Source of the DNA: Octopus bimaculoides
Taxonomy: Eukaryota
NCBI RefSeq assembly: GCF_001194135.2
Contig: NC_068990.1
Location: forward strand, 34,080,239 to 34,144,238
Length of the DNA stretch: 64,000 nucleotides
Reading direction: 5' to 3'
The notes under the pieces are model-generated. The model was given only the letters and a program-made list of their open reading frames with translations. It ran no database searches and was not told the origin of the DNA. Position 1 is the stretch's first letter. Every line of letters begins with the position of its first letter. This document shows positions 1 to 13,094 of the stretch, piece after piece. The translations under genes and the position numbers were made by a program.

Positions 1-352
1 TGATGCTGCTACACCAGTCATTGGGTATGACTCCTTCGTGTATCACCTGGTTCATAATACGGGTGACTAGGCTATAGCCAACACTGCCAGATATTTTGAG
101 CATCTCTGCAGTGATTCCTGATGGGCCGGGGGCTTTCCCGGTCTTCATACTCTTAATTGCTTTATCTACCCTGGTATTATCAACTCGGATAGCTGGTCCC
201 TCTATTGGGTCAACATACGGCAGGCTCTCTTCCTCCCATTCATTCTCTTTATTAAGCAATCTATCGTAGTGGCATCTCCAGACCTCTTTCTTTGCATCCT
301 CATTTAGTGCAAGTGTACCATCATCCATGTGAACACATTTCTCTCCTACGAC
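1..352 (-). mobile_element. RTE-clade LINE ORF2 fragment (linker just upstream of the RT domain); runs off the window edge
   Basis: Manual minus-strand translation is stop-free: VVGEKCVHMDDGTLALNEDAKKEVWRCHYDRLLNKENEW...KAIKSMKTGKAPGPSGITAEMLK...VIHEGVIPNDWCSSI. The KAPGP[SD]G...IP.DW pattern is typical of non-LTR ORF2. Confidence 0.9.
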
Positions 353-372
353 ATATATATATATATACATAT

Positions 373-537
373 ACGATGGGCTTTTTCCAGTTTCCGTCTA
401 CCAAATCCACTCACAAGGCTTTGGTCGGCCCGAGGCTATAGTAGAAGACATTTGCCCAAGGTGCGACACAGTGGGACTGAACCCGGGACCATGTGGTTGG
501 TAAGCAAGCTACTTATCACACAGCCACTCCTGCGCCT
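373..537 (-). mobile_element. tRNA-derived SINE family A (head and core)
   Basis: Reverse complement matches the many other copies here (GGAGTGGCTGTGTGGTAAG...GGTTC...CCTTGGGCAAG...GAAAGAAGCCCGTCG) and is followed by a (TA)n linker. Confidence 0.9.
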
Positions 538-1113
538 AGAATGTGTGGATGTATTTATTTATTTTCATAGTTTATAATTTCAAATGTATTTATCACTGGG
601 CAATATTCATAGAACTAGAGAACCAGTTAGCAACATTGTAAACAGTGGTTAGTTACAATATTTACAAATGGGCAAAACCTAGCCCTGCTGACAATCTAAT
701 ACCTCTGGTAAGGTTTGAACATATAACCAACTACTTCTCTCTAGAGACCAACAAGAAACCTCTAGATTGTTGCTTAATCTACAGAGATAGCGAACAAATT
801 CTGTTAAATCAGACTCTATGGTTTTAAAAGAGAAAAGAGACGTTAGATAATGCAGTTCCAGATACAGAAAAGTATGGAATGTTTACAAGTAGAAGACCCT
901 CAATCATAGGTTTGTTTAATGAAGGATGACATGAGGCATGAAGACACTACATCACTGATGGTAGTCTTGCATCCATTGAAATGGTTAATAAATGTTTCCA
1001 AGTTGGTGAGAGTAGGCAATTTGCTCAAATTATTGTAAGGTGTGCTCTTTGTCACTACACCTTTCGCACACCTGTCACTAAATTATTCTATTAATTTATC
1101 ATATCAATTTTAG

Positions 1114-1157
1114 ATCTAAATGAAGACAGACATGTATTATGGTGTCTCTTGCAGCCA
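1114..1157 (+). CDS. candidate internal exon, unknown gene ([D]LNEDRHVLWCLLQP)
   Basis: tcaattttag acceptor, open frame, CCA|gtaaga donor; no homology recognised. Confidence 0.25.
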
Positions 1158-1240
1158 GTAAGAATTTTTTTAAATGTGATAAGGAACTATTTGCAAAATG
1201 GAATATCCTAAGCTCTGATATATTATATTATGAAAATTTG

Positions 1241-1245
<5 letters not shown>

Positions 1246-1312
<67 letters not shown>
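1246..1312. repeat. (CT)n(AT)n compound microsatellite next to an assembly gap
   Basis: Direct reading of the sequence. Confidence 0.95.
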
Positions 1313-2309
1313 NNNNNNNNNNNNNNNNNNNNNNNNNNNNNNNNNNNNNNNNNNNNNNNNNNNNNNNNNNNNNNNNNNNNNNNNNNNNNNNNNNNNNNNN
1401 NNNNNNNNNNNNNNNNNNNNNNNNNNNNNNNNNNNNNNNNNNNNNNNNNNNNNNNNNNNNNNNNNNNNNNNNNNNNNNNNNNNNNNNNNNNNNNNNNNNN
1501 NNNNNNNNNNNNNNNNNNNNNNNNNNNNNNNNNNNNNNNNNNNNNNNNNNNNNNNNNNNNNNNNNNNNNNNNNNNNNNNNNNNNNNNNNNNNNNNNNNNN
1601 NNNNNNNNNNNNNNNNNNNNNNNNNNNNNNNNNNNNNNNNNNNNNNNNNNNNNNNNNNNNNNNNNNNNNNNNNNNNNNNNNNNNNNNNNNNNNNNNNNNN
1701 NNNNNNNNNNNNNNNNNNNNNNNNNNNNNNNNNNNNNNNNNNNNNNNNNNNNNNNNNNNNNNNNNNNNNNNNNNNNNNNNNNNNNNNNNNNNNNNNNNNN
1801 NNNNNNNNNNNNNNNNNNNNNNNNNNNNNNNNNNNNNNNNNNNNNNNNNNNNNNNNNNNNNNNNNNNNNNNNNNNNNNNNNNNNNNNNNNNNNNNNNNNN
1901 NNNNNNNNNNNNNNNNNNNNNNNNNNNNNNNNNNNNNNNNNNNNNNNNACTTCCTGTTTTGACACCACACTTCCTGCTTAACACAAACTTTTAGCCCTTT
2001 TTTTAAACCTAACACAACTCTCAATTCTCATGCATCCTTATTTTTCCAACCATTATATACAGGAATTACCATTGAACTTCAAAAGCTCAAAGACAATATA
2101 ATGTATTGGTATATTTATTTTTTTATATATTATTTTTTTTATATATTATTTTCTTAATTTTGTACTTCTTTGTAAAAAACATTTTCATTCTCCCTCTTCT
2201 TGAAAATTTGCTTCGCAATGAAAGCCGGTTAGAAATCTTTATTAAAATATGCTTCCAGTTTAGCATTCTGCCTTATTATTATTTTTCATTTTCCTATATA
2301 TGTATATAG

Positions 2310-2560
2310 AATAAAGGATGTGTGTGTATATGTTTAAGTGTGTTTGTGTGTGTACCTGTGTGTATAGTACATATGTATTTCTACAGTTTTCAACCGATTT
2401 TCACCAAACTTTACACACACATTACTTATGCGCCAAGGATGGTAATGCACTATAACATTTTGTCCAGAGCTGGCATGTAAAGTGAGAAAACGGGAAAAAA
2501 CTGTGTTTTACACAGGTTTTTCTCTAAAAACTTCTACAGTTTTCTACTGATTTCCCCCTT
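2310..2560 (+). mobile_element. possible non-autonomous Helitron-like 5' segment
   Basis: A (TG)n tract followed by TTTTCAACCGATTTTCACCAAACTTTACACAC resembles the Helitron 5' region at ~30950-31030 (TTTTTCAACTGATTGTGCTGAAATTTTACACA, minus strand). No 3' hairpin/CTRR end was found. Confidence 0.35.
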
Positions 2561-3258
2561 TTCACTTTCTGCTTATTTCTGACTTCACTCTTTTTTTCTC
2601 ATTCCATGTTTCTCTTGCTTACATATATTCTCTCTCACCCTCTGTAATAGTTCCTCTCTTTTAGTCAATATCTGTTTCTTTCACTCTCTCTCTCTCTTTT
2701 TCTCTCTAACTCACTCACACACTAACATCTGTCTACAAATTGATTTCAATGTATTTTAATTAGTTATGCATAAAAATTTCTGTTGTTACGGTTTTTGTAC
2801 GTTCTCCCTGAAAAATAATTTAGTTATTTTTAATTTTTGCTCATCCAGAGTGCTTAAATTCAGTTTTGCCATATCTGCCTAAAAATTGAGTCGAGTGTAT
2901 TTCAATTTTGTCATGCGTAGATATCCTTGTCTTTACAGTACCTGTACGTTCTCCCTACAACAGTACTTATTAAAAAATTTTTGCACTTAGTCTATTTAAA
3001 TAACCTATTTACATTTCTCCCTCTATCAAAAAATGTTGTTCCTGCAGTCGTGCATGCATATGTATGACTGCTATGGACCACATACAGCTGATAAGTCTTT
3101 ATCAGCAACCAATGAGATTTCAACCATGCCACTGGGTGGTCATACATTAGACAAAGCTATCCTAAAGTGGCTCAAATTTTTTTTACTCAAGCTATTTTCT
3201 TCCAGAGCTTTATATGCTCAAATGGGGTTTGCAAGTTCTGTCTACAAATTGACTTTTT

Positions 3259-3311
<53 letters not shown>

Positions 3312-3503
3312 GTATATATATACACACACACACACATATATATACACATATACATATGTATATATATGTGTGTGGTTCAAATTGGATATGCAATCTATAT
3401 GGGTGTCTTTTCAAAACATTGTCTAGATTTAAAACTGACATCAGACGCCATGATGGATTTAAGGTGTAAGTACAGGAGGTGGTCAAATTCTGCATAAGGA
3501 GTT

Positions 3504-3693
3504 GATATACTACTAGCCATAGATGACGTGGACAGAAACTCCACTGCTGGTCCTGATGGTTTCGCAGCAATCCTCCTCAAATCATGTAAGCATGCCCTAG
3601 CAAAACTCCTCCAGATTCTCTTCCAGAGCTTTCTTGCAAATGGCAGACTGCCAAGCAAGCTGAAGGAGGGAATAATATGCCCAATCCATAAAG
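3504..3693 (+). mobile_element. CR1/Jockey-like LINE ORF2 fragment
   Basis: Translates as DILLAIDDVDRNSTAGPDGFAAILLKSCKHALAKLLQILFQSFLANGRLPSKLKEGIICPIHK, the GPDG...P..K..II.PIHK pre-RT motif. Confidence 0.85.
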
Positions 3694-4383
3694 AAATTGG
3701 TTGAAGTGGAACTGAATAATGGTTACGCTACGATGTACTAAATCAGAATTATCAGTTATTTATGTTCTGTCCGAATACCTTTTTCACCTCTAAATATTTA
3801 TAATTGTATATAAATTCATTAGTTACTATAATTTATTAGTTTCTTTTGCATCTTCTTAGTTTATGCATGTGTATGCAAATATAGTATTGGTATATCCCAT
3901 TGATGTTCATTAGAAATTAAATAAAGAATTTTGACATAAANNNNNNNNNNNNNNNNNNNNNNNNNNNNNNNNNNNNNNNNNNNNNNNNNNNNNNNNNNNN
4001 NNNNNNNNNNNNNNNNNNNNNNNNNNNNNNNNNNNNNNNNNNNNNNNNNNNNNNNNNNNNNNNNNNNNNNNNNNNNNNNNNNNNNNNNNNNNNNNNNNNN
4101 NNNNNNNNNNNNNNNNNNNNNNNNNNNNNNNNNNNNNNNNNNNNNNNNNNNNNNNNNNNNNNNNNNNNNNNNNNNNNNNNNNNNNNNNNNNNNNNNNNNN
4201 NNNNNNNNNNNNNNNNNNNNNNNNNNNNNNNNNNNNNNNNNNNNNNNNNNNNNNNNNNNNNNNNNNNNNNNNNNNNNNNNNNNNNNNNNNNNNNNNNNNN
4301 NNNNNNNNNNNNNNNNNNNNNNNNNNNNNNNCTGGAACGCTCGTCGTCATAAGCGACGGCGTGCCAACAAATGAATTTGAAGT

Positions 4384-4764
4384 GGAGGCGCAATGGCCCA
4401 GTGGTTAGGGCAGTGGACTCACGGTCATAGGATCGCGGTTTCGATTCCCAGACCGGGCGATGTGAGTGTTTATTGAGCGAAAAGATCTAAAGCTCCACAA
4501 GGCTCCGGCAGGGGATGGTGGCGAACCCCGATGTACTCTTTCACCACAACTTTCTCTCATTCTTACTTCCTCTTTCTGTTGTACCTGTAATTCAAAGGGT
4601 CAGCCTTGTCACACTGTGTCACACTGAATATCCCCGAGAACTACGTTAAGGGTACACGTGTCTGTGGAGTGCTCAGCCACTTGTACGTTAATTTCACGAG
4701 CAGGCTGTTCCGTTGATTGGATCAACTGGAACGCTCGTCGTCATAAGCGACGGCGTGCCAACAA
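4384..4764 (+). mobile_element. tRNA-derived SINE family C, full length
   Basis: A-box-like TGGCCCAGTGG and B-box-like GGTTTCGATTCC. The body is shared with copies at 25534, 47444 and 60119. It is flanked by the repeat ATGAATTTGAA. Confidence 0.9.
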
Positions 4765-6500
4765 ATGAATTTGAATCAAGTATTGTATATTCTATATGAG
4801 CACAGTAAACAGATACAACTGAGGACAGACTAACAATAAAGTAATGCATTGAGTTGCTTTCACGCATAAATGCTGTGATATTAAGAGATTCTGGTTATTA
4901 TGTACATTGATTGTACAGAGTGTCCATAAAGAAGGTCACAATTATCTTCTGTTTGCACAAGTAAATAGATTTAGATGCATGTTGTTGCATTTGCATGCAG
5001 CTTTTTTACAAATAAAAATATGACTGCATGTTTTCATACTTGAAAATCTAATCTGTCCATTTGAACGATGCATGCAAATATGTGAACATGCATGCTTATG
5101 AATGTAAAAATATAAGAATATTTTAATGATGTGTGCAAATGTGTGAGACTCCATATTTATAAAAGTAAGAATACACAATATATATATATGAACATGCATC
5201 AGTTATAAACAAGTTCGAAAGAGGTAAAGAGGTTAAGCTTGAGACAAGATGGCAGTGTACATGCCTTTTCAGATTATTTAATGTTTATAGATAGGATCTT
5301 TATATGTTCAGTTGACTGTTTACAGAAATGAAAGTTCTTGGGATTGGATCAGCATTAAATGCAATAAAAATAGCAACCTTAGATTTTTATTTTAATCCCA
5401 TTCTTTGTTCTCAGGCTTTTCACCAATATTAACAACACCTTTGATCCACCATGTTCCCCAAAAGCCATATGTCCTTTACATTACTAAACAAATCTGCTGT
5501 TATCACTATAGAAACCACATTAATGTCAAAGTCTGCATTAAATGCAGTCAAACTCAATAAACAATTCATTTGCTACTTGCCAAAGGTGTGTTCATTGGTT
5601 GAAATCTTTGTTCCACTCCTACTAGAAAGCTTTCAAAAAAATCTATTTTCTGAATATCCTAGATTTCCTTGTTTTGCTTCTGGTGTTTCTAGCTGAACAT
5701 AAGCAGACATACTTGAGTATAATCAAACTATCCAGTTCTTTTTTCCTTCCTTTTTATATTTTACTTTATTTCTACTTATTTCTCTTGTGTCCACTTATTC
5801 CTGTTGATCTATCTATCCACAGAATGCCAATTCTCTCCTTACTGAGTGGAATATGTGAAGAATAACTTCACAAATATGGAAAAACATCTAGCAATTACAA
5901 GAAATAAAATATTAATTATCAACAAAAACAGATTTTTAGATGAATATTCTATGTTCATATTCAAGTAAGTAATGTTGGAATGATTTCATTAGAAAATAAT
6001 GCTGCTAGCACAATTTTATTGAAGTCATATTCCATCTAATATTCCATGTATGCACAATGCATACTGCAATCAACACAAGCTGCCTTTATTGAAACAGATT
6101 GAGATTTCTGGAAAGTTATTAAGAATACAATCCCAGTGTGATGTGTAGTAAAATTAGCATATGGAATGTATGAGTCACTGTCAAATATTTTGTGTTGTTC
6201 CTCTATTTGTGCAATCTCAACTAACTAGGGGCCTGTCAACAACACCAGCTAATATTCTAGATTACAAGTGACAGTAACAGAAGGGCCTCAACAAGTACCT
6301 TAAACTATTAAAACCCCAACAACTATATATTACCATCATTTATAAACAAACATCTATTATTACCAACAGCTACCAATCATTCAAGTTATAGTTTCAAATT
6401 AATTCTATCTTTAAGATTAATTATATTTCTTTTGCTATTTTTGACCAGTTGTCTTTCTTCTAAATAGCTAATTCCTTGGAATGGGCCTAATACCTCGATA

Positions 6501-6708
6501 TATTGGTTTCAAATTTTAGCATAAGGCCAGCAGTTTTAAGGGAGGAACTAAGGTGATTAAATTAACCCCAGTGCTTTACTGGTACCTATTTTATCAACTC
6601 TGAAGGGATCATAGGTAAAGTCAGTCTCAACGTAATTTGAACTCAAAATGTTGAGATAGATGAAATGCTACTAAGCATCTTGCCCAGCATGCTAACAATT
6701 CTGCCAGG
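6501..6708 (-). mobile_element. tRNA-derived SINE family B, decayed
   Basis: Reverse complement aligns to the 59306-59516 copy (CTGGCAGAA..GTTAGCA..GAGTTCAAATT..GATAAAAT.GTACCAGT..TTTGAAACCA). Confidence 0.8.
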
Positions 6709-6951
6709 TCAATGCCTACATATTAGAAGGAACATAACACTAGATGAAGTGTGGTTCATTTTTGCATCAACACAAGGGACTGCCATCTTTCTAATTGGAA
6801 AACTTCAGGAGAAATACATAGCTTGGAATAAGTCAGTCTATCTGGTATTCATCAACCGGGATGAAAAGTTTCATGGGATTCTACACTCTTATGTCTGGTT
6901 GTTGCTACTATGCAAGAAATTCATGGAGGTTGAAGAGTAATGATATGCATA

Positions 6952-7348
6952 TACCATATTTTCTGGCATATAAGTCAGATATTTACAGACCAAAATTTAC
7001 AGCTTAGGAAGTAGGTCAACTTATGCATCAAGACGACTTAGGAGGATCAAACATTCTATGTGAAATGCAGCAGAATTTTTAAAGAGAGTGATGATGTTTA
7101 AATGTTTACATTTTATACCATGTCAACATGTATGCCAGAAAATATTTCTCACAGACAATGCCGGGGACAATTATTTGCTCTTTCACCCAAACAAAGGCTC
7201 TCTACTAATGAACATGGTAAGACTTTATATGAAATACTGGACAACTCCTGTACCGTACCACATAGTTCTATATATATATATATATATCAACACTGTCTGA
7301 CAGACTGATGCAGATAACTACTTATACCCAGTGGTTTTCACTACAGTA
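6952..7348. mobile_element. possible pogo/Tigger-type MITE relic
   Basis: Left end TACCATATTTTCTGGCATATAAGTC and a degenerate right end CTTATACC...TACAGTA resemble pogo-type termini; the match is imperfect. Confidence 0.35.
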
Positions 7349-8251
7349 TAGATATGATAGCTTTAGTTAGTTAAACTCCACCTCTGGCATCAAGCCTAAT
7401 ATGTTGGTCAGTCAGTTGTAAGAATAAAGACTGATACAAAGTAAAATGCATCAAAATAGACTGATGAATGGAGATGGGATGTTTTAATCCAATCACAGAC
7501 TACTCTGCCCCTGGTACCGTTAGCATGATAGAAAATTCTCTTTTCTCACACATGATTATGTAGGAAAGAAAGGAGTGAACAAATGGAGACAACACACAGA
7601 AAAGAGGGATTTCTTTAAAATCTTTAGGAATTTTTTTGGTGTCAGTGAATGAATGGACACAGTGTAAGATAGTTTTCCAGAATTGGTATCATGATAATAT
7701 GCATCCAGGACATTCTGTAAAGTGGTTGGTAACAGTAAGGGCACCCAGTCATAGAAATCATGCCAAAAATATAATCTACCACCAACATGTGAACCTTGAC
7801 TACTCTGGGAGGGCAGTAACAGCAGAGAAGAACTCAGACTGTGACGATCCATCTACTTTGTGCCAGCATGAAAAAGTAGACATAAAATGAAGATTTACTA
7901 TCTGTTTTTGTTCTTTAAATAACCAAAACATATTTCTTTAAACTAGTACAATCTTTTAGTTTTTCCAGAGTCTAATTCTTCTAACATTCTCTTTTCATCT
8001 AATTTTCAGTTTATAAATTTTCAAATTTACTCTGCATCATATTCTGCAGTACTATCTTAAATGTTTGCATTTTAAGGTTATAATGAAATCATAGCATGGA
8101 CATGAATCTACAGGAGTCAAATTGTTAAAATCGATTTTCAGAAGGAAAAAGTTTACACCGGAAAATTAGACCAGTCAAGCTACATAAGTTTGTGATACTA
8201 TTAACATTATTACATGCTGGTTAGTTGAAGAAAGCAATCATTTTTCTCTAG

Positions 8252-8293
8252 CCAAAGAGCAATGACCAACTAAAAGTCTATGCGCAAACACAG
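8252..8293 (+). CDS. candidate 42-nt phase-0 exon (PKSNDQLKVYAQTQ), unknown gene
   Basis: tttttctctag acceptor and CAG|gtagca donor with an open frame; no homology recognised. Confidence 0.2.
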
Positions 8294-8608
8294 GTAGCAA
8301 CAATTTAATGTAGAATGTAGAGAAGCACGGCATTTGGAGTATAAGTTACAATGTTAAACTAAAGGTTGACACGTTTGAACACTTCCTCTATAACCATGTA
8401 GCAAAAAGTATATGAAGATTGTGTGCATGCATGTGTGTGTGTATGCTATGTCATCTCCAATTATTTGTAAACCACTTCATGGTATAAGGTACATTTTATC
8501 ATGACATCAGTACTATTATAGTTGCCTTGTGCTACATACTCAGTGTTTCCCTTCAATGTAACATGACCAAAAAGACAAATAGAAGAGAATGTGATGATAG
8601 AAGCAGAG

Positions 8609-8659
<51 letters not shown>

Positions 8660-9216
8660 ACAGTAAGTGTATGATAGAGAAAACAGAGGGTGATACAGTG
8701 TATAGGAGAGAGAAGTTGTGTCATGGAGAGTGAGTGATAGAGAGATCAGAGGGTATGAAAGAGGCAATAAAGAGGTAACAACTGGAGATTTAACAGAGCT
8801 TTATTGAACAAGGGTCCCAAATGTAGATAGATATATAGCCCAGTCTCCATACTAAAATTTCTTTTAATAATCTTTATGTCACCTTTGTACATCTATGTTC
8901 CATGTTACCAATTATCATGAACTTCTGTCATCTCCTTTGTTAGGCTTGGCTTCCTGAGATTAGTCTTCACCACTCCATTCCATGTTTTCTCGAGTTTCCT
9001 ACTTCCATTTTCTACCACCTTTGAGTATTCTGCATTTATTTATACAACTGTTATCCTCTATAAGCATTATACACCTGTACATACTACGCCTGATTTCTCA
9101 TAGCTTTTTGCTCAGCTCATTTGTACTACATCATTTATATACCTTTAATATATATAACAATATATACCTTTAATATATATATAACAATAAGTGTATGTAG
9201 CTATTATACACACACA

Positions 9217-9247
<31 letters not shown>

Positions 9248-9834
9248 TTGAAAGATCAACAAAAAGCAGTATAGTGGGTTTTCAAAATATTCATCCCTAT
9301 AGCTATTTCAATAATTCTTACATCATGTAATCATTACATAATTTCTAAGAACCCTCTAACCAGGGAACTATTTTGAAATATAAACTATAGAATTCAATTC
9401 CACTCTTATCTAGGGTAAAGATTTTAAAAAATAAATGAAGTAAGAAAATATTAGATCATTAGTCCAACAGGAAATTTGGCTAGTATTTAACATGTCTATG
9501 TTGATTATGGTATCCTACATTGTTATGTAAACCAAATTACTTTACAGGGTCCAGGCCATTAGGAGAACCATTTGCTCCATCGTTAATATTAGTTTTATTA
9601 TTAAGAATTGAATATTTTGAAATTTCACTGATATTGTTTTCTGTTGTTTTTTCAAATGTACTTTGTTCTGTTTGTGTCTTAGTCTACTTCATAATATGCA
9701 TTTTATATGCAATATCAAGATCTGAATGCAGTACTTTATATCAAGCTTATATGTAATTGGTTGTTTGTTGTACATACTAAGATTATAACATTGGGTGTAT
9801 GTCTATTTGTGCATGTATCATCCTCCACCACACT

Positions 9835-10205
9835 ATCATTTTAACATTCATTTTACCATGCTTGCATGGGTCAGATGAAATTTGTAGCAGCAGATTTTCT
9901 TTCTATGGTTGGATGTCCTTCCTGTCACCAACCCTCACCTGTTTCCAGGGAAAGTAATACTTCCCCTTAACCAATCATATTTTTAGTAAAGAGTGGAAAC
10001 AAAGGACACTGCCCACATGACAGTGACACTTGTTTACAATTATCATTTGATAGTAAGGAGACAGTGACACACACACACACAAACACATACACACACATGA
10101 AGGGTCATTGAATTTCCATCTACCAAATCCACTCTCAAAGGTTTGGTTGGTCCAAGACTATAGCAGAAGACACTTGCCCAAACAACCACACAGTGGGACT
10201 GAACC
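9835..10205 (-). mobile_element. hybrid SINE: family-A head + (TG)n + distinct body + RTE-like 3' tail
   Basis: Family-A core at ~10100-10205. The body matches 26880-27150 and 32340-32720. The 3' end (GGAAGGACATCCAACC...CATGCAAGCATGG..GTTAAAATGA) matches the RTE tails in this window. Confidence 0.7.
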
Positions 10206-10215
10206 TTAAAGTATG

Positions 10216-10280
<65 letters not shown>

Positions 10281-10553
10281 CAAATGTATATATGTATGTG
10301 TACATGTGTGTATACATACATACATATATATACATACATACATACATACATGTGTGTGTGCATATAAGAAATTAGAATGACAAAAAGTAAAAAAATTATG
10401 TAATGAACTTCATTAGTATAAAGCTGTTTCTGCTATAGCTTGATCGGTGTTTCAAACAGAAAGTGCAATTTTTCAATGCTTTGTTCTGAAGTGTATGCAT
10501 ATTCAGTTGTAACACCAAGTTATTATCAATAGTATTGCTCTGCCTATGTGAAC

Positions 10554-10591
<38 letters not shown>

Positions 10592-11875
10592 TATATATAT
10601 ATATATATATATCACAAGAGAGATCTACAATTGATATATAAAGCTATAATGCTTTTAACCTTAAAATTTATTGATAATAAAACAAAAAAAAAAAACACTC
10701 CTTTCCATTACTTCAAAAGACAAGCACTCTTCATCTATACTATTTGAATAACACTTTTCAAACAATTACATTCTCTGCTATAATACTGGTTACTGTTTTG
10801 TTTTCTTTTTTTTTTTTTCAGATTATGCATTTTATTCTAAGCACTGTTATGTTCTTTGCAGTCTCAATCTCTGTGTAATATTAAATTATTTATAAGAAAC
10901 AAAGAATGTATCTCATGTAAAATGAAATTTGGATATTATGCTGAAGATATCTCAAAATAGATGGCGATTGCTCATGAAACTTCTAAATATATCAGCCATT
11001 TAATAATATAGGTATTTCATTTAAACTTCCCTCTCCCCAATAGCTACAATAAATCAATAGGAGTGATTCTAGCTGTAGGGCAATAGCTAGCACACTTTAG
11101 CTAAGATTCTCTTGTCTCTATTGATAAAAGGTATTAGTAACAAGAAAACAATAACTAATCTTTTGGGGATTGGGTTTCTAATAGTGACATGAAACCAGAG
11201 ATTAATAGCTACCAGGGAATATCTTAACATTACCATAATTTAGAAAGAAAAACATAGAGAAATGATTTTTTTTTTTTTTTTTTTTTTTTTCTAAAATAAA
11301 TCGAAAACTTTTAAAGTAATTGATGTGAAAAGAAAAGAAACAATGTCAAAAGGTTTAAAATTGCTTTTGATTTAGTGTAAAAATAAATTGATGCTGTCTT
11401 CTGCTGTGTTAGAATGGGAATAACAAAGAATGGTGGCAGAAAAAGGAATCTTGATTCGAAGAACTATAACTAAATTGCATCTGGTTGCCTAGCTGATTCT
11501 TTTCATAAATAGCTCATGGCTTGGAATAAATTACATTGCAATTCCAGCTTTGGCATTACAGCTACGCTAGATAAAAACGATTTTATTTTTTAAGCCAAGC
11601 CAATATAACAGTATGAGTGATGAATACAACGGAACAACAGTGCAATGTAGAGATATGGTGCCACCAATCTATACATAGGAATTACTCAGACTTTTATTAA
11701 ATTATTCGTTTTGCCATTTATTTTCAGTAAGCCAAAACAAAAGTCCTTGTCATTGCTATCTTTCATTGGTTATAAGGTTTTCAGAACTAATAATTTCTGA
11801 AGAGAATGGAAAAAAATATCATCAAGCAACATGAAAAAAAGTAATAAAAATGTTAATTTTAATTTTCTCAAATTC

Positions 11876-11970
11876 ATTATTATTACTATTATTAGTACTA
11901 TCATTATTACTAATACTACTACTACTACTATTATTATTATTATTATTATTATTACTATTATTATTATTAC
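11876..11970. repeat. (ATT/ACT)n trinucleotide microsatellite
   Basis: Direct reading of the sequence. Confidence 0.95.
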
Positions 11971-12691
11971 TTTAAAATGTATATGACATAGAATGATTGA
12001 GAAAGCACAGTTAATGGGAATTAAATTTTTACATAATATGAAAAATGTATTATTTCAACAGCATTAGGTAATAAGGATATAAGAAAGGTGAGGACGATAA
12101 CACTAATTAGATAGCCTAATTTCTTAAGCTTTTCTTTGCTTCGTTTAACTCAAAACAAAGCATTGCTGTTTTGTATTAAAGAAGTTTAACACAGGAGACA
12201 AAGATCTTTACAAATTATTTGTAATAAATTTACAGTTACAAAGCTTAAGATGTATAGGTAAATTAGAATATGTTTCAAAAAGATAATTTAGTTTCTATTT
12301 TGGGAATAATATCAAGTGATCAAACAATAAGCAGAACAATCATTTCTTAAAGATAATTTTGAAGTTGATAAAATCTTTTTTTTTAATGACAAAAGGGAAC
12401 AAGAAAAGCTTACTCATTCAGTTTGTAGAAAATTGGATACTGAAATGTCAATTATTGAGTAATGAATGGGAAATAGGAATTTCTAGAGAATTCTCTTTTA
12501 TAGCTTATTCTGGTTTACTCTCTTTTAAACTTTTAATACTTCTAATCTGAATGATTGTAAGAAAAGAAAACCTCTTGAGATACACTCTGATTTGAAACAG
12601 TAACCTCATAGATTCAAAGCCATAACCTTATTCTGTGATGTTACATTGCTCTGTTGGAAAAGACAATTAACATACAGCAAATCTGTTTCAG

Positions 12692-12754
12692 AAGTTATTA
12701 CTTCACATAGGATTGTGCTGGTAACAATATCTTTCAAAAAACAGTTGTCACTCA
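12692..12754 (+). CDS. candidate 63-nt symmetric phase-1 exon ([E]VITSHRIVLVTISFKKQLSL)
   Basis: tctgtttcag acceptor and A|gtaagt donor; only one frame is open; no homology recognised. Confidence 0.25.
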
Positions 12755-13094
12755 GTAAGTTAACAATGAATTAAAGTAACATCCAGTTTGAACTACAATT
12801 TGGGAAACCTAACTATTATGTAAGATTTGTATTTGTATGCTTTGGCTTATGAACGAATCTACTATGTATCTCCACCTTGTCATATGAGGTGATTTAGAAG
12901 TAATCTGCATCTACAACAGCTTCAGCTTAAGGTTAAGAAAGTAGCTAAGTACTATGCTTGTTTGGATACTAAAAGGAATCATATGAGATTAATATCATAT
13001 AATATTCAATATAAAAACTATAATAACAGCCATATTTTGATAAATTACTTACAAGTGAAATATTCTAACGTACTGGATGAGGTATGGTTGTGTA

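Noticed and set aside
1139-4393. Long ORFs containing X runs (also 52644-52835 and 57354-57973)
   Set aside because: They are open only because they cross N gaps.
4384-4460. tRNA genes at SINE heads (families A-D and the 49890 element)
   Set aside because: A/B boxes are present, but there is no complete cloverleaf and each continues into a repeat body.
4913-4950. Mariner-like TIR (TACAGAGTGTCCATAAA)
   Set aside because: No matching second end was found.
5400-5964. Short protein-like frames (TYGFWGTWWIKGVVNIG on minus; EYVKNNFTNMEKHL…DEYSMFIF on plus)
   Set aside because: Bounded by stops or weak acceptors, with no recognisable family.
9684-9721. Minus-strand terminal-exon candidate [D]LDIAYKMHIMK*
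   Set aside because: Too short, weak acceptor, and no partner exon found.
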